This document shows, one piece after another, positions 22,080-30,656 of a stretch of DNA of 64,000 nt. The notes under the pieces are model-generated. The model was not told the DNA's origin. It saw only the letters and a program-made list of their open reading frames with translations, and made no database searches. The translations under genes were made by a program, and so were the position numbers. How positions within the stretch are numbered: the first letter of the stretch is position 1; every line of letters begins with the position of its first letter. This stretch comes from Coleofasciculus sp. B1-GNL1-01 (GTDB lineage Bacteria; Cyanobacteriota; Cyanobacteriia; Cyanobacteriales; Coleofasciculaceae), in NCBI GenBank assembly GCA_040220235.1, contig JAVJTO010000009.1, one strand, 5' to 3'.

Positions 22080-22978
22080 ATGAATCGTGTTCCAGTAATC
22101 AGTGAAGAAGGAAAACCGATGGCGCCTACCAAGCCCTCCAGGGTCCCACGGTGGGTCAAGAAAGGTAAGGCAGTGGGAAAATGGTCAGACCTTGGCGTCT
22201 ATTACGTCCAGCTCACCACACCACCATCGGCTGAGGACGTGCAACCCATTACCGTTGGAGTCGATCCGGGTAAGTCTTATTCTGGCGTCGGCAAGCAATT
22301 GGGTATGAACGGGTTAAAGCCGACATAGACTTTTCCCAACGCAAACGCGCCAAGTCGGGTAAAGGCTTTTCCCCGGTGATGACAGGTCAAAATTGGGCGA
22401 TATCTCAGATGGAAAAAATTGCCCCTGTCTATATCCGCGAAGGTTGGCAAAAGGATGGTAATGGCACGTCTCAACTCCGAACCCAACTAGGGTTAGAGAA
22501 AGACAGGGTGAACAAGTCTGTAGCCAAACCAGAAACCCACGCGGTTGACGGGGTGACATTGGCTTGCGGATATTTCATTAAATATGTCCCGTTTACTGGT
22601 TCCAATTCCCATGGTTACACCCACAAGGGTAGCGTTACCGTAACTCCTTCCCCATTTAAGATCATCACCCGCCCCGGTGCGGTGAAGCGGGGAAAAGAGT
22701 ACGGCTTTTTCCGCCGCCAGTTACACTTCGAGGTTCCAGATAAGTCCGGAATTAGAAAGCGTAAGGGTGGGACAATTACCCCATTTGGGATGAGAATCGG
22801 TGATTTGGTTAGAGCACAGAAAGCTGGAAAAGTCCATATTGGCTACGTCAGCGGATTTACCGACACCGAAAAGACCAAAAACATCTCTGTTTGCGACCAC
22901 ACCTGGAAGCGTATTGGGCAGTTTGCCCCAAGCAAGGTCGAGTTAATCAGGAGGGCTAATGGTTTGTGCATAGCTTAA
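22080..22978 (+). pseudogene. isrB: IsrB-like (RRXRR/PLMP family, no HNH) RNA-guided nickase with internal deletion and frameshift
   Basis: RVPVI..GKPMAPTKPSR (PLMP domain) and RuvC-I VGVDPG, then a frame change at ~22292 into AIGYERVKA (RuvC-II) and THAVDG (RuvC-III). The Arg-rich bridge helix is missing. Confidence 0.8.
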
Positions 22979-23451
22979 AAAGTTGGACACCTCCATTCTT
23001 CCGGCGTCCCGCTATCCCTCCCCATCTTGCTAACGCGCTCAGATGGGGACTCCCACGAACACGTTGAGCTGAGTTTGGCTACATTAAACGTCAACAGCCA
23101 AACCTCAAGGGAGCATGTCATCCTTGAGTCTAGACCAAGCATTCCTAGAAACCGGGTTTCTCGTGAGGATGACAACTCTATATCAACCTTTGACACCCAG
23201 AAACCCGGTTTCTTGACCGATGTCCTAGATACACTCGGGTCACCCTTGACTCAATCCCCTGTTTCAGAACGTGCTTCTTCCTGGTTGAAAATCATGACTT
23301 GCCCAAAAATCTGGGTAAGTTGGCAATGAGTTGTTGCCAATGTAACAATTTAAACAACGCAGTTCCGTTATTCTGAAAATAAGGTTAAAAAATACAAATA
23401 ACAGTTAAGAATTGCTACGAACTCATTCTGTTTAGATCACGATAAAGGTTT

Positions 23452-23655
23452 ATGAAAAGCACAACTGTATCCGAATCCAACCAAATTTCCCCAGATAGTC
23501 CAGTTTGGGACAATCTCAAAGAAGCGATCGCAGCCAGTTCTGGATTTCAACGCTGGCAGATGGAGCATCCCGCTGCCCATCACCTTCAAGATCGCAGCTT
23601 GGAGCATCGGGTGCGTCGGTATTTGCGGGATACCCTAGAGACTCTGGCTTATTAA
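23452..23655 (+). CDS. Small conserved cyanobacterial hypothetical protein
   Basis: 67 aa, W..LK.AIA.SSGFQRW...VRRYLRDTLETLAY, with upstream AAAGG. Confidence 0.8.
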   Translation: MKSTTVSESNQISPDSPVWDNLKEAIAASSGFQRWQMEHPAAHHLQDRSLEHRVRRYLRDTLETLAY

Positions 23656-24185
23656 AAAATCTGAGGCAAACCCTCACTCAGGCGGGTAATCTGTTGCAGG
23701 ATATCCGCTAAGCGATCGCCTTCAACATGAACATCGGCAGTTGGGTAGTTTTCCAGGATTTCGATCAGGGTGATTTGATTATCATTGAGCGCCGAGATCA
23801 CTAAGGCAGATCGCAAAGACTGGCGATTTGCCCGGTTAGTCGGAGTATGAACCACCTCACTCACTCGATCAAGCATTACTTCTCCCACAGGAGTATTGAG
23901 AATCCGAGAAAGCATAATCCCATTAACTGAAATTGGTTGGGTTAAAGTCGTCCGTAGTTCTTCGGGTTGCTTCCCAGCCAAATCCAGATATGCTTGTAGA
24001 GAACGTGATAACTCACCTGTTTGGGTAAATGTCGAGAGTTCGGGAACCGATATCGTCTCTCGCAGAAAACGATATTTTAAGATGACGGATTCTGAGGCGT
24101 TAGCAGCCAAGCTATAAGACCAGATGCCAGCGACAATGATCCCACTATACAGAAAACGTCGTAAATTTGATAAGTAATTAAACAT
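23652..24185 (-). CDS. DUF1400 (alpha/beta-hydrolase-associated) secreted protein
   Basis: Signal peptide ending ANA|SE, ELSTF..TGE and ITLIEILENYPT motifs; ATG at 24185. Confidence 0.85.
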   Translation of the reverse strand: MFNYLSNLRRFLYSGIIVAGIWSYSLAANASESVILKYRFLRETISVPELSTFTQTGELSRSLQAYLDLAGKQPEELRTTLTQPISVNGIMLSRILNTPVGEVMLDRVSEVVHTPTNRANRQSLRSALVISALNDNQITLIEILENYPTADVHVEGDRLADILQQITRLSEGLPQIF

Positions 24186-24243
24186 TTGAATGATGAATAG
24201 GGAACAATCAACAATCAACAATTCATAAATTACAATTCATAAA

Positions 24244-24816
24244 TTAAGGTAATAAAGTGCCATCAGGCATAATGGCATAGCTAAGTTTAGCGTTATTGAG
24301 GATAGTATTATCCAAGTCTGCCTCTCTCAAGTCAGCACCACTCAAATCAGCAGCGGTCAAATTCGCATTACTTAAATCCGCCGCCCTTAGTTCAGCAAGG
24401 CTTAAATTGGCACCAACTAGATTAGTATTCGCTAGTTTAGCTAGACTTAATCCAGCGCCAGCTAAATTCGCACGAGTTAGATTTGCACCGATTAAGGCTG
24501 CCACAATCAGATTAGCTCCAGTTAACTTTGCATCTGTAAGATTGGCAGAAACCAGACTCGCACCACTCAGGTTGGCATACTCCAGATTGGCACGTCTTAA
24601 ATCGGCGCGGATAAGATTAGCACCAGCCAGATTAGCACCCCTCAAATTGGTATTGCTCAACAGAGCATCCGACAATTGTACTCCACTCAAATCACACTCA
24701 ACACAGCTACCTGTTTGTCGTAATTGTTCTAGGTGGGCTGGATTGAACGCTTGCACTGAGGGGTGTAGCCAGACAGAGGTAAACAGGATGAGAGGGGGAA
24801 AGACTTTAAATGTCAT
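24244..24816 (-). CDS. Pentapeptide-repeat protein with signal peptide
   Basis: C..CDL followed by A(N/D)L.. repeats; likely ATG at 24816. Confidence 0.9.
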   Translation of the reverse strand: MTFKVFPPLILFTSVWLHPSVQAFNPAHLEQLRQTGSCVECDLSGVQLSDALLSNTNLRGANLAGANLIRADLRRANLEYANLSGASLVSANLTDAKLTGANLIVAALIGANLTRANLAGAGLSLAKLANTNLVGANLSLAELRAADLSNANLTAADLSGADLREADLDNTILNNAKLSYAIMPDGTLLP

Positions 24817-25021
24817 AGCATGACGTTTGACTTTTTGATGATGGCTAACGGTGAGAACTAAACCTGACGCTCTAGAATCTATGACTCCTATCACCTCAAG
24901 CTTAGACTATCATCACTAAAAATTAACGGTTTGCATCACCCGCCCTTTAATCAAAATCACAGATAGTGAGAAGATACTGGCAGTTTACAGGTCACAAGAG
25001 CGACAATCAGAGGAGTGGGTT

Positions 25022-25162
25022 ATGCTAGAAAGACTACTGCTAGCGATCGCGGTTACATTCTCAGTATATCTATCGGTAGACGGTGGATTTGACAAAACAC
25101 CGATCCCTTCAGTCTTACAACTTCCCACCTTTCCCGAACAAAATCTGAGTCCATGGCAATAA
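25022..25162 (+). CDS. Small 46-aa hydrophobic/secreted peptide
   Basis: GAGGAG RBS, then MLERLLLAIAVTFSVYLSVDGGFDKTPIPSVLQLPTFPEQNLSPWQ*; ends 9 nt before tenA. Confidence 0.55.
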   Translation: MLERLLLAIAVTFSVYLSVDGGFDKTPIPSVLQLPTFPEQNLSPWQ

Positions 25163-25171
25163 ACAAACGCG

Positions 25172-25798
25172 ATGACACTTAGCAGCGATTTATGGAAATC
25201 TAACCAAGACTTGGTACAGGAGTGTCTAGAACACCCTTTTGTCCAAGGTATTGCCACAGGGACACTGGAGCACCAGAAATTCGCCTACTATGTGGGTCAA
25301 GATGCTTTTTTCTTAGAAGCGTTTGCTCGCGCTTATAGTATAGCCGCCGCTAAATGTTCTGACTGGGAGGGATTTAACACCTTTCATACTCTTGCAGATG
25401 GCGTTCTCGAAGAACTACGCCTGCATCAGAATTACGCCACAGCCTGGGGAGTCAACTTGCAACAGATTGAACCCGCCATAGCCACACGCCGCTATACTGA
25501 CTTCTTATTGGCAACAGCTTGGGGAGGTGAGATTGGTTTAATTACAGTAGCGATGACGCCCTGTATGCGCTTGTATGCCTTTTTGGGTCAAGAATTAGCC
25601 AAGGATGGCATTCCCGAACACACCTATACGGATTGGATTCGCACCTATAGTAATCCTGAGTTTGAGCAGTTAGCGCAGCAATTAGAGAGATTGACGGATC
25701 AATACACCCAACTCTCAGCCCCTGTCAAATCCAGCTACCGCTATGCTATGCTATGTGAACGAGACTTTTTCGATTCAGCGTGGCAAGCTGGTTCTTAA
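25172..25798 (+). CDS. tenA: TenA/THI-4 family protein (thiaminase II-like)
   Basis: HPFVQGI..G.L, YVGQDAFFL, PCMRLY, Y..WIRTY, E..FF. Confidence 0.9.
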   Translation: MTLSSDLWKSNQDLVQECLEHPFVQGIATGTLEHQKFAYYVGQDAFFLEAFARAYSIAAAKCSDWEGFNTFHTLADGVLEELRLHQNYATAWGVNLQQIEPAIATRRYTDFLLATAWGGEIGLITVAMTPCMRLYAFLGQELAKDGIPEHTYTDWIRTYSNPEFEQLAQQLERLTDQYTQLSAPVKSSYRYAMLCERDFFDSAWQAGS

Positions 25799-25934
25799 TA
25801 GCTAAATAGGAACTAAGATAGCGTTTTGAAAAAAGTTATAAATCTCCCTCATTGCCAAAGTTAAAAAATAAATTCAGTTAGTTGATTAAGCTTATATTTT
25901 GTCGATTAATCCACTATTTTTAGATTTTTATCCC

Positions 25935-26816
25935 ATGATGAATAGATTTCCTGATTTTATCATTGTTGGTGCGGGTAAATGTGGTACGACTTCATTACAT
26001 AACTATCTCGCTCAACATCCTCAAATTTACATGTGTCAAAAAAAAGAAACATTCTTTTTTATTAATGAAAAAACGCGAGAAAAACACAAGCCCTGGGGAG
26101 CAGTGACTACTGTTGAAGACTATTGTTCCTTGTTTCAAGATGCACCCAAAGGTAGTGTAACTGGGGAAATCTCTACCAACTACTATGCCTATCCCGAATC
26201 AGCCCAATTGATTTACCAGCACATACCAACAGTTAAAATCATTGCTATATTGAGAGATCCCGCAGAACGAGCATTTTCGGCTTATCAAATGCATGTTCGC
26301 CAAGGAATTGAAAAGAGGAGTTTTGAACAAGTTATTTCGGAAGATAACAAATATGTAAAACGAGGATTTTATTTTTCGGAAATTATTCCTTATTTTAAAA
26401 CATTTAATCGCCAGTCTATTAAAATTCTATTGTACGATGATTTATGCCAAAATTCTATTGCGTTTATGCAAGATTTGTTTAAATTTATTGAAGTAGATGA
26501 TAATTTTATTCCAGACATGAGTAAAAAAGGAAGAAAGGGTGGACTACCTAAAAATCAATCTTTAAATCAGCTATTAACCAAACCTAATTTACTAAGGAGT
26601 TCTGTTGCGGCTGTTCTGAAATTAGCTATGCCACTACAGGTTCGGCAAAAAATTAGAGCAGTACTGATTAAGAAGAATACTTACAAAGCTAAGCTTTCTC
26701 CAGAAGCAAGAAGAAAGTTAATTGAAATTTATAAAGATGATATCCTTAAGCTTCAAGATTTACTTGAAAGGGATTTATCTAATTGGTTATCTATGCCAAA
26801 TCAAGTCAAGGAATAG
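25935..26816 (+). CDS. Sulfotransferase
   Basis: 5'-PSB motif GAGKCGTTSL and 3'-PB motif LRDPAERAFS. Confidence 0.92.
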   Translation: MMNRFPDFIIVGAGKCGTTSLHNYLAQHPQIYMCQKKETFFFINEKTREKHKPWGAVTTVEDYCSLFQDAPKGSVTGEISTNYYAYPESAQLIYQHIPTVKIIAILRDPAERAFSAYQMHVRQGIEKRSFEQVISEDNKYVKRGFYFSEIIPYFKTFNRQSIKILLYDDLCQNSIAFMQDLFKFIEVDDNFIPDMSKKGRKGGLPKNQSLNQLLTKPNLLRSSVAAVLKLAMPLQVRQKIRAVLIKKNTYKAKLSPEARRKLIEIYKDDILKLQDLLERDLSNWLSMPNQVKE

Positions 26817-27542
26817 ATGAATCTTGAATATATTCCTAATTGGTCTCAAAATAAATTTTAAAGCATTTTTTATATTATTTCTAGAGTTGATAATTTGCAA
26901 CACTTTCCTAGAAGAATTATCAATTTTTAGAGTCCCTTTATGATAGTGTTCTTTAAAATCAAAGTTAAAAGTTGAATCTACATTGATAAAATCAAGTATT
27001 TCTTTAAAAAACTTTTGTTTTTCATGTACTATATCATCGTATAACAAAATCTTAATCTGCTCTCTATCAAATTTATCAAAATATTCTTTTAAGTTTTGAT
27101 AATATAAACCAGGCTGGCGAAATTTTTCTTGAGCAGAAAAAATCGATAAAATAACTGAATCAAAATCTTTTATCTCTTTTAGAGTAAAATTTTTTTTACC
27201 AGCCCATAAAATATGAGAGTAGGCTCTTTCAGCAGGATTTCGCAATACAGCAATAATTTTTATATCAGGGAATAAATTTTTAATTCTAGTAGCAACTCCA
27301 TCACCATGAAGATAAACACTAGAAACCTCACCTAAAGCTTTTTGAGTAGTAGCTCCTTCAAATTGAGCTAGATATTCTCCTGCATCTCCAAGTGAATTTA
27401 TGTAAGGTTTACAACTCAAACGATCACTGCCTTTATTGGCTATTAAATATATGTCAGGATGCTGCTTAAGATAATTATGGATAGAGGTTGTTGCTGCTTT
27501 ATGCGCCCCAACTACTATGAAAGTAGGAGATTTCATTGTCAT
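26787..27542 (-). CDS. Sulfotransferase, possibly C-terminally truncated
   Basis: GAHKAATTS and LRNPAERAYS motifs; 251 aa, lacks the final helix seen in the neighbouring paralogue. Confidence 0.85.
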   Translation of the reverse strand: MTMKSPTFIVVGAHKAATTSIHNYLKQHPDIYLIANKGSDRLSCKPYINSLGDAGEYLAQFEGATTQKALGEVSSVYLHGDGVATRIKNLFPDIKIIAVLRNPAERAYSHILWAGKKNFTLKEIKDFDSVILSIFSAQEKFRQPGLYYQNLKEYFDKFDREQIKILLYDDIVHEKQKFFKEILDFINVDSTFNFDFKEHYHKGTLKIDNSSRKVLQIINSRNNIKNALKFILRPIRNIFKIHLFLDLIWHR

Positions 27543-27547
27543 TGTAA

Positions 27548-28495
27548 CTAATTGCCTCTCTCGAATTTTTTAAGGTTTTCTATATTATTTATTTTACCTT
27601 TAAGCTTTTGCCATAGATTTTTTTGCGTTGGAGTTTGCAACGATTCATCATCAGGAATATCTTCACCAAGATAGCGATAATATTTCCAGATATCCCAATA
27701 GGGACAACCCGGTTGGATGCGAATCCCTGCCCAATGTAAATAGTCTAGGGGCTGATTGACATTTGGATCAATCAGGTGATGATCTTCAACCTGAAAATGT
27801 TTGCTACCCGCCCAACTTCCCGGCGCACCACCAGGGCGGCGCACGATATTAAATCGCTGGGAAACCTGCTTCAATATCATATAGTTAATGATAGGTTGAT
27901 CTGATGTTTTTTGGGAAAAGTCAAAGTATTCTGGATGAGATGCACATTCGGTGAATGTTTGATAGAGTGTTTCCTCAGATATCGTATTTTTCTTGGCTCC
28001 CCAAAATCCGCCATTGAACATATCCTGAATATCATTTTCGCTAAATACATCGTCTTCTATGACTTTTGGTGTAAATACATTTTTTATGCCGCCGCTATGT
28101 TGATAGTCATAGCAAATAAAATCATACTTATCTAAATAGACTGTTGTTTCTATTATTTTATCAAAGACAACGATATCTGTATCAATATAAATAAATTTAT
28201 CAAAAGCGCCAAACCAACAAGCTTGTTTGCGGAATTGATTGGGTCGAGCAAAAAATCCTTTGCCAAATATTTCGTATAACTGATTGGAGAGACGTTCAAT
28301 AAAGTCTAAGTCTTGATAGAGTTCTACCTGATAGGAGTCTTTTAAGAGTTTAGCAATGGTTTGATAGTTATCATCATAAGGAATTAAGCAAATCGGCGTA
28401 TCCGAATCATGCAACCGGATACTCTTGAGCAGCGCGATCGCCTGCTCGATTACTTTGTCATTTGCGGTAATATAAATGCCACGCTCTTTGTTCAT
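27548..28495 (-). CDS. Npun_R2821/R2822-like GT-A (GT8-like) glycosyltransferase
   Basis: RGIYITAND, DxD in YIDTD, FNGGF, SDQPIINY, LHWAG. Confidence 0.8.
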   Translation of the reverse strand: MNKERGIYITANDKVIEQAIALLKSIRLHDSDTPICLIPYDDNYQTIAKLLKDSYQVELYQDLDFIERLSNQLYEIFGKGFFARPNQFRKQACWFGAFDKFIYIDTDIVVFDKIIETTVYLDKYDFICYDYQHSGGIKNVFTPKVIEDDVFSENDIQDMFNGGFWGAKKNTISEETLYQTFTECASHPEYFDFSQKTSDQPIINYMILKQVSQRFNIVRRPGGAPGSWAGSKHFQVEDHHLIDPNVNQPLDYLHWAGIRIQPGCPYWDIWKYYRYLGEDIPDDESLQTPTQKNLWQKLKGKINNIENLKKFERGN

Positions 28496-28527
28496 TTTTT
28501 AGTTATGATAATAAGTAACTTTGGAGA

Positions 28528-29520
28528 TTAAGATAATTTTAACTTCTTCAAGAGTCGCTGAGGCAAGCTGGGGGGTTGATTGTAAGGTTTGGGTTTAGTG
28601 GTAAATTGCGGCTTTTTATCCGGTTCATGAAGATAGCGATAGTGTAAAAACAAATCTCGATACGGAAAATCAATATTTTCGCCAGCACAGACTTTAGCAA
28701 TTAATTTGGACGATACGCCAATGTAGTGCATATAGGTGAGTCGATTGCCTTTATCATACAGAATATGGTCATTTTCCTGAAAATGTGTTGAGGTTACACA
28801 ACATCCGGTTCGTTGTTCTTTGGGTAACTCTAAAGCAAAGTTATAGATTGATAAATTCGGTCGCATCATCATGTAGTTGAGGAGAGTTTGATCCGGTGCC
28901 ATGGGATAAAGAACTTCAGCCTCTCCTGCTTCAAGTTGATCAATGAGCCAGTTGCGCCGTTCTTGATCAAATAAACCTTGGTTTGAAGCATAAAAACCCG
29001 AACAAAAGATTTCTGTTTTCAGTCTTTCGGCGGGGAAGAGTTCAGTTAGCTTAGGCAAATCAATCGTGTATACATGAGTTAAGTCTTTGTGCTGAAAGTC
29101 ATACACCACAAAGTCATTGTCTGGAAGTTTAGCCAAGATAAACTCGATGGGTGACATCAGCAACGTATCTGCATCCATGTACAAGAAGCGATCAAACGGT
29201 GCATCAAAAGCACAATAACGCCGATGGGTGCCAAATCGATGATAACCGCTACTGCCAACTTGACGCCAACGTTGCTGGGCGGTGGGATGACTATCCCAAG
29301 CCTTTTGTGCAAACTTATCCCAGCGCTGGATGGACTCAACATTATCATAGAGTTGGACGTTGGGACGACGGGCAATTTCAGCGGCAATTTTTGTCGTGTT
29401 GTCGTTGTAGGGATAGACACAGACAGGCATTTGTGAACCTTGAATTGCCTCAATACTGTTGAGTAAGGCAACCAGTTGGTCGTAAACTGGGTCACTGGCT
29501 AGGGTACAAATTCCGTCCAT
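28528..29520 (-). CDS. Npun_R2821/R2822-like GT-A (GT8-like) glycosyltransferase
   Basis: DGICTLA, DxD in YMDAD, FCSGF, PDQTLLNY; paralogue of the adjacent gene. Confidence 0.8.
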   Translation of the reverse strand: MDGICTLASDPVYDQLVALLNSIEAIQGSQMPVCVYPYNDNTTKIAAEIARRPNVQLYDNVESIQRWDKFAQKAWDSHPTAQQRWRQVGSSGYHRFGTHRRYCAFDAPFDRFLYMDADTLLMSPIEFILAKLPDNDFVVYDFQHKDLTHVYTIDLPKLTELFPAERLKTEIFCSGFYASNQGLFDQERRNWLIDQLEAGEAEVLYPMAPDQTLLNYMMMRPNLSIYNFALELPKEQRTGCCVTSTHFQENDHILYDKGNRLTYMHYIGVSSKLIAKVCAGENIDFPYRDLFLHYRYLHEPDKKPQFTTKPKPYNQPPSLPQRLLKKLKLS

Positions 29521-29525
29521 GGTGT

Positions 29526-30479
29526 TTAATCGAATTTAGCGACAAAATCAGATAACCAATTCAGAAGATTGAGTTTGTGTAGGATGATTTGTCTGGCTTG
29601 TGCGATCGCGTCCTTGGCTTCATACCAAGCATCCGGGGTTGAGGTTACTTCTTTAATATAAGCGATGCCCTGCTCATCTAAGCTAGGGAGTCGCAAAAAG
29701 CTGCCGGGTGGCAGTAATTTATCCGCCGCCGAACCGCCGTAGTAAATGGGTAAACACCAGGCTAGCAAAGCATCCCATAGTTTTTCGCTGACATACCAAT
29801 CATTCCCAGCATAGTTTTCGATCGCTAAATTATAGTAGTACGGTGCCATGCCATGCCATTTGTTTTTCAGGGTACCCTTTGCCTGCGCCCAGTCGGGTAA
29901 TCCACGCCCGTAGAGGTCAAATTCAAATCCACTATCTTGTAATGATTTTAAGAACGCTAAACGTCTACGATGTTCGGCGGTGCGATCAATTCCAGAGGTG
30001 ATCCAACTACAAGCGTGTATTTTTTCCGGTGGTATCATTTCATTTAATTCTCGGAAGGAATTAGCGTGATACCAAATTGCGGGCATATAATCAGGCGTTG
30101 GGGCAAAATCATCGGGACCTGAAATGTAACCACAATAATTTTTCGCGGCTTCATAATTTGCCCGATTAGTTTGAACAACTTTTTCCAGGGGCGGTTCTCG
30201 TAATAAGTAGATTATCCGCTCTTTGGGAACGCCGCGTAACTGGGAGGCTACATCAGGTTTTGAACTCTTTTTTTGGCGTAAACGTTGCCACCATGGAAGT
30301 TTAGGGTGAGGTTTGGGAAACGAATACTGGTACATGAGCAGAAAATCTGGCTCAGGGGCTTGGGAAAGCATTTGAATGTTATCCCAGATTCCACAAGGGT
30401 TTGGCGTTTGTTGCCATAGCCAGTCCGCTTGATTAAGCCCTCGATAACTACTAATCATTCCGACAATTTTTCTGCCCAT
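29526..30479 (-). CDS. Glycosyltransferase family 10 (fucosyltransferase-like)
   Basis: YYYNLAIENY...YVSEKLWDA....LPIYYG matches the GT10 signature. Confidence 0.88.
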   Translation of the reverse strand: MGRKIVGMISSYRGLNQADWLWQQTPNPCGIWDNIQMLSQAPEPDFLLMYQYSFPKPHPKLPWWQRLRQKKSSKPDVASQLRGVPKERIIYLLREPPLEKVVQTNRANYEAAKNYCGYISGPDDFAPTPDYMPAIWYHANSFRELNEMIPPEKIHACSWITSGIDRTAEHRRRLAFLKSLQDSGFEFDLYGRGLPDWAQAKGTLKNKWHGMAPYYYNLAIENYAGNDWYVSEKLWDALLAWCLPIYYGGSAADKLLPPGSFLRLPSLDEQGIAYIKEVTSTPDAWYEAKDAIAQARQIILHKLNLLNWLSDFVAKFD

Positions 30480-30656
30480 GTTTTTTTGTCAGTCTACCGT
30501 ATCAGTCTTAGCATTTATTCTGCCAGTCAGCCAACTGCAACAATTGGGGAATAGATTTTATGGTTAAATCGGGCGGGCGCATGTCTGTGCGCCCCTACGG
30601 TTTCTGGGCTAAGGGTTAATTCATCTTGCTGAGATGGGCTACGCCACTACTACCTA

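Larger units (their letters stand above)
21860..23070 (+). mobile_element. IS200/IS605-superfamily element carrying an IsrB-type gene (boundaries approximate)
   Basis: Left-end hairpin CCCCGCCCT...AGGACGGGG (21867-21892) and right-end hairpin CTCCCCATCT...AGATGGGGAC (~23018-23050) flank the pseudogene. Confidence 0.75.

Noticed and set aside
23027..23329. 100-aa ORF after the IsrB element
   Set aside because: Runs through the element's right end and an AGAAACCGGGTTTC/GAAACCCGGTTTCT repeat pair; no protein-like features
24990..25171. TPP riboswitch upstream of tenA
   Set aside because: Could not find the conserved CTGAGA...ACCTGA...GGGA arrangement; the region reads as a small ORF
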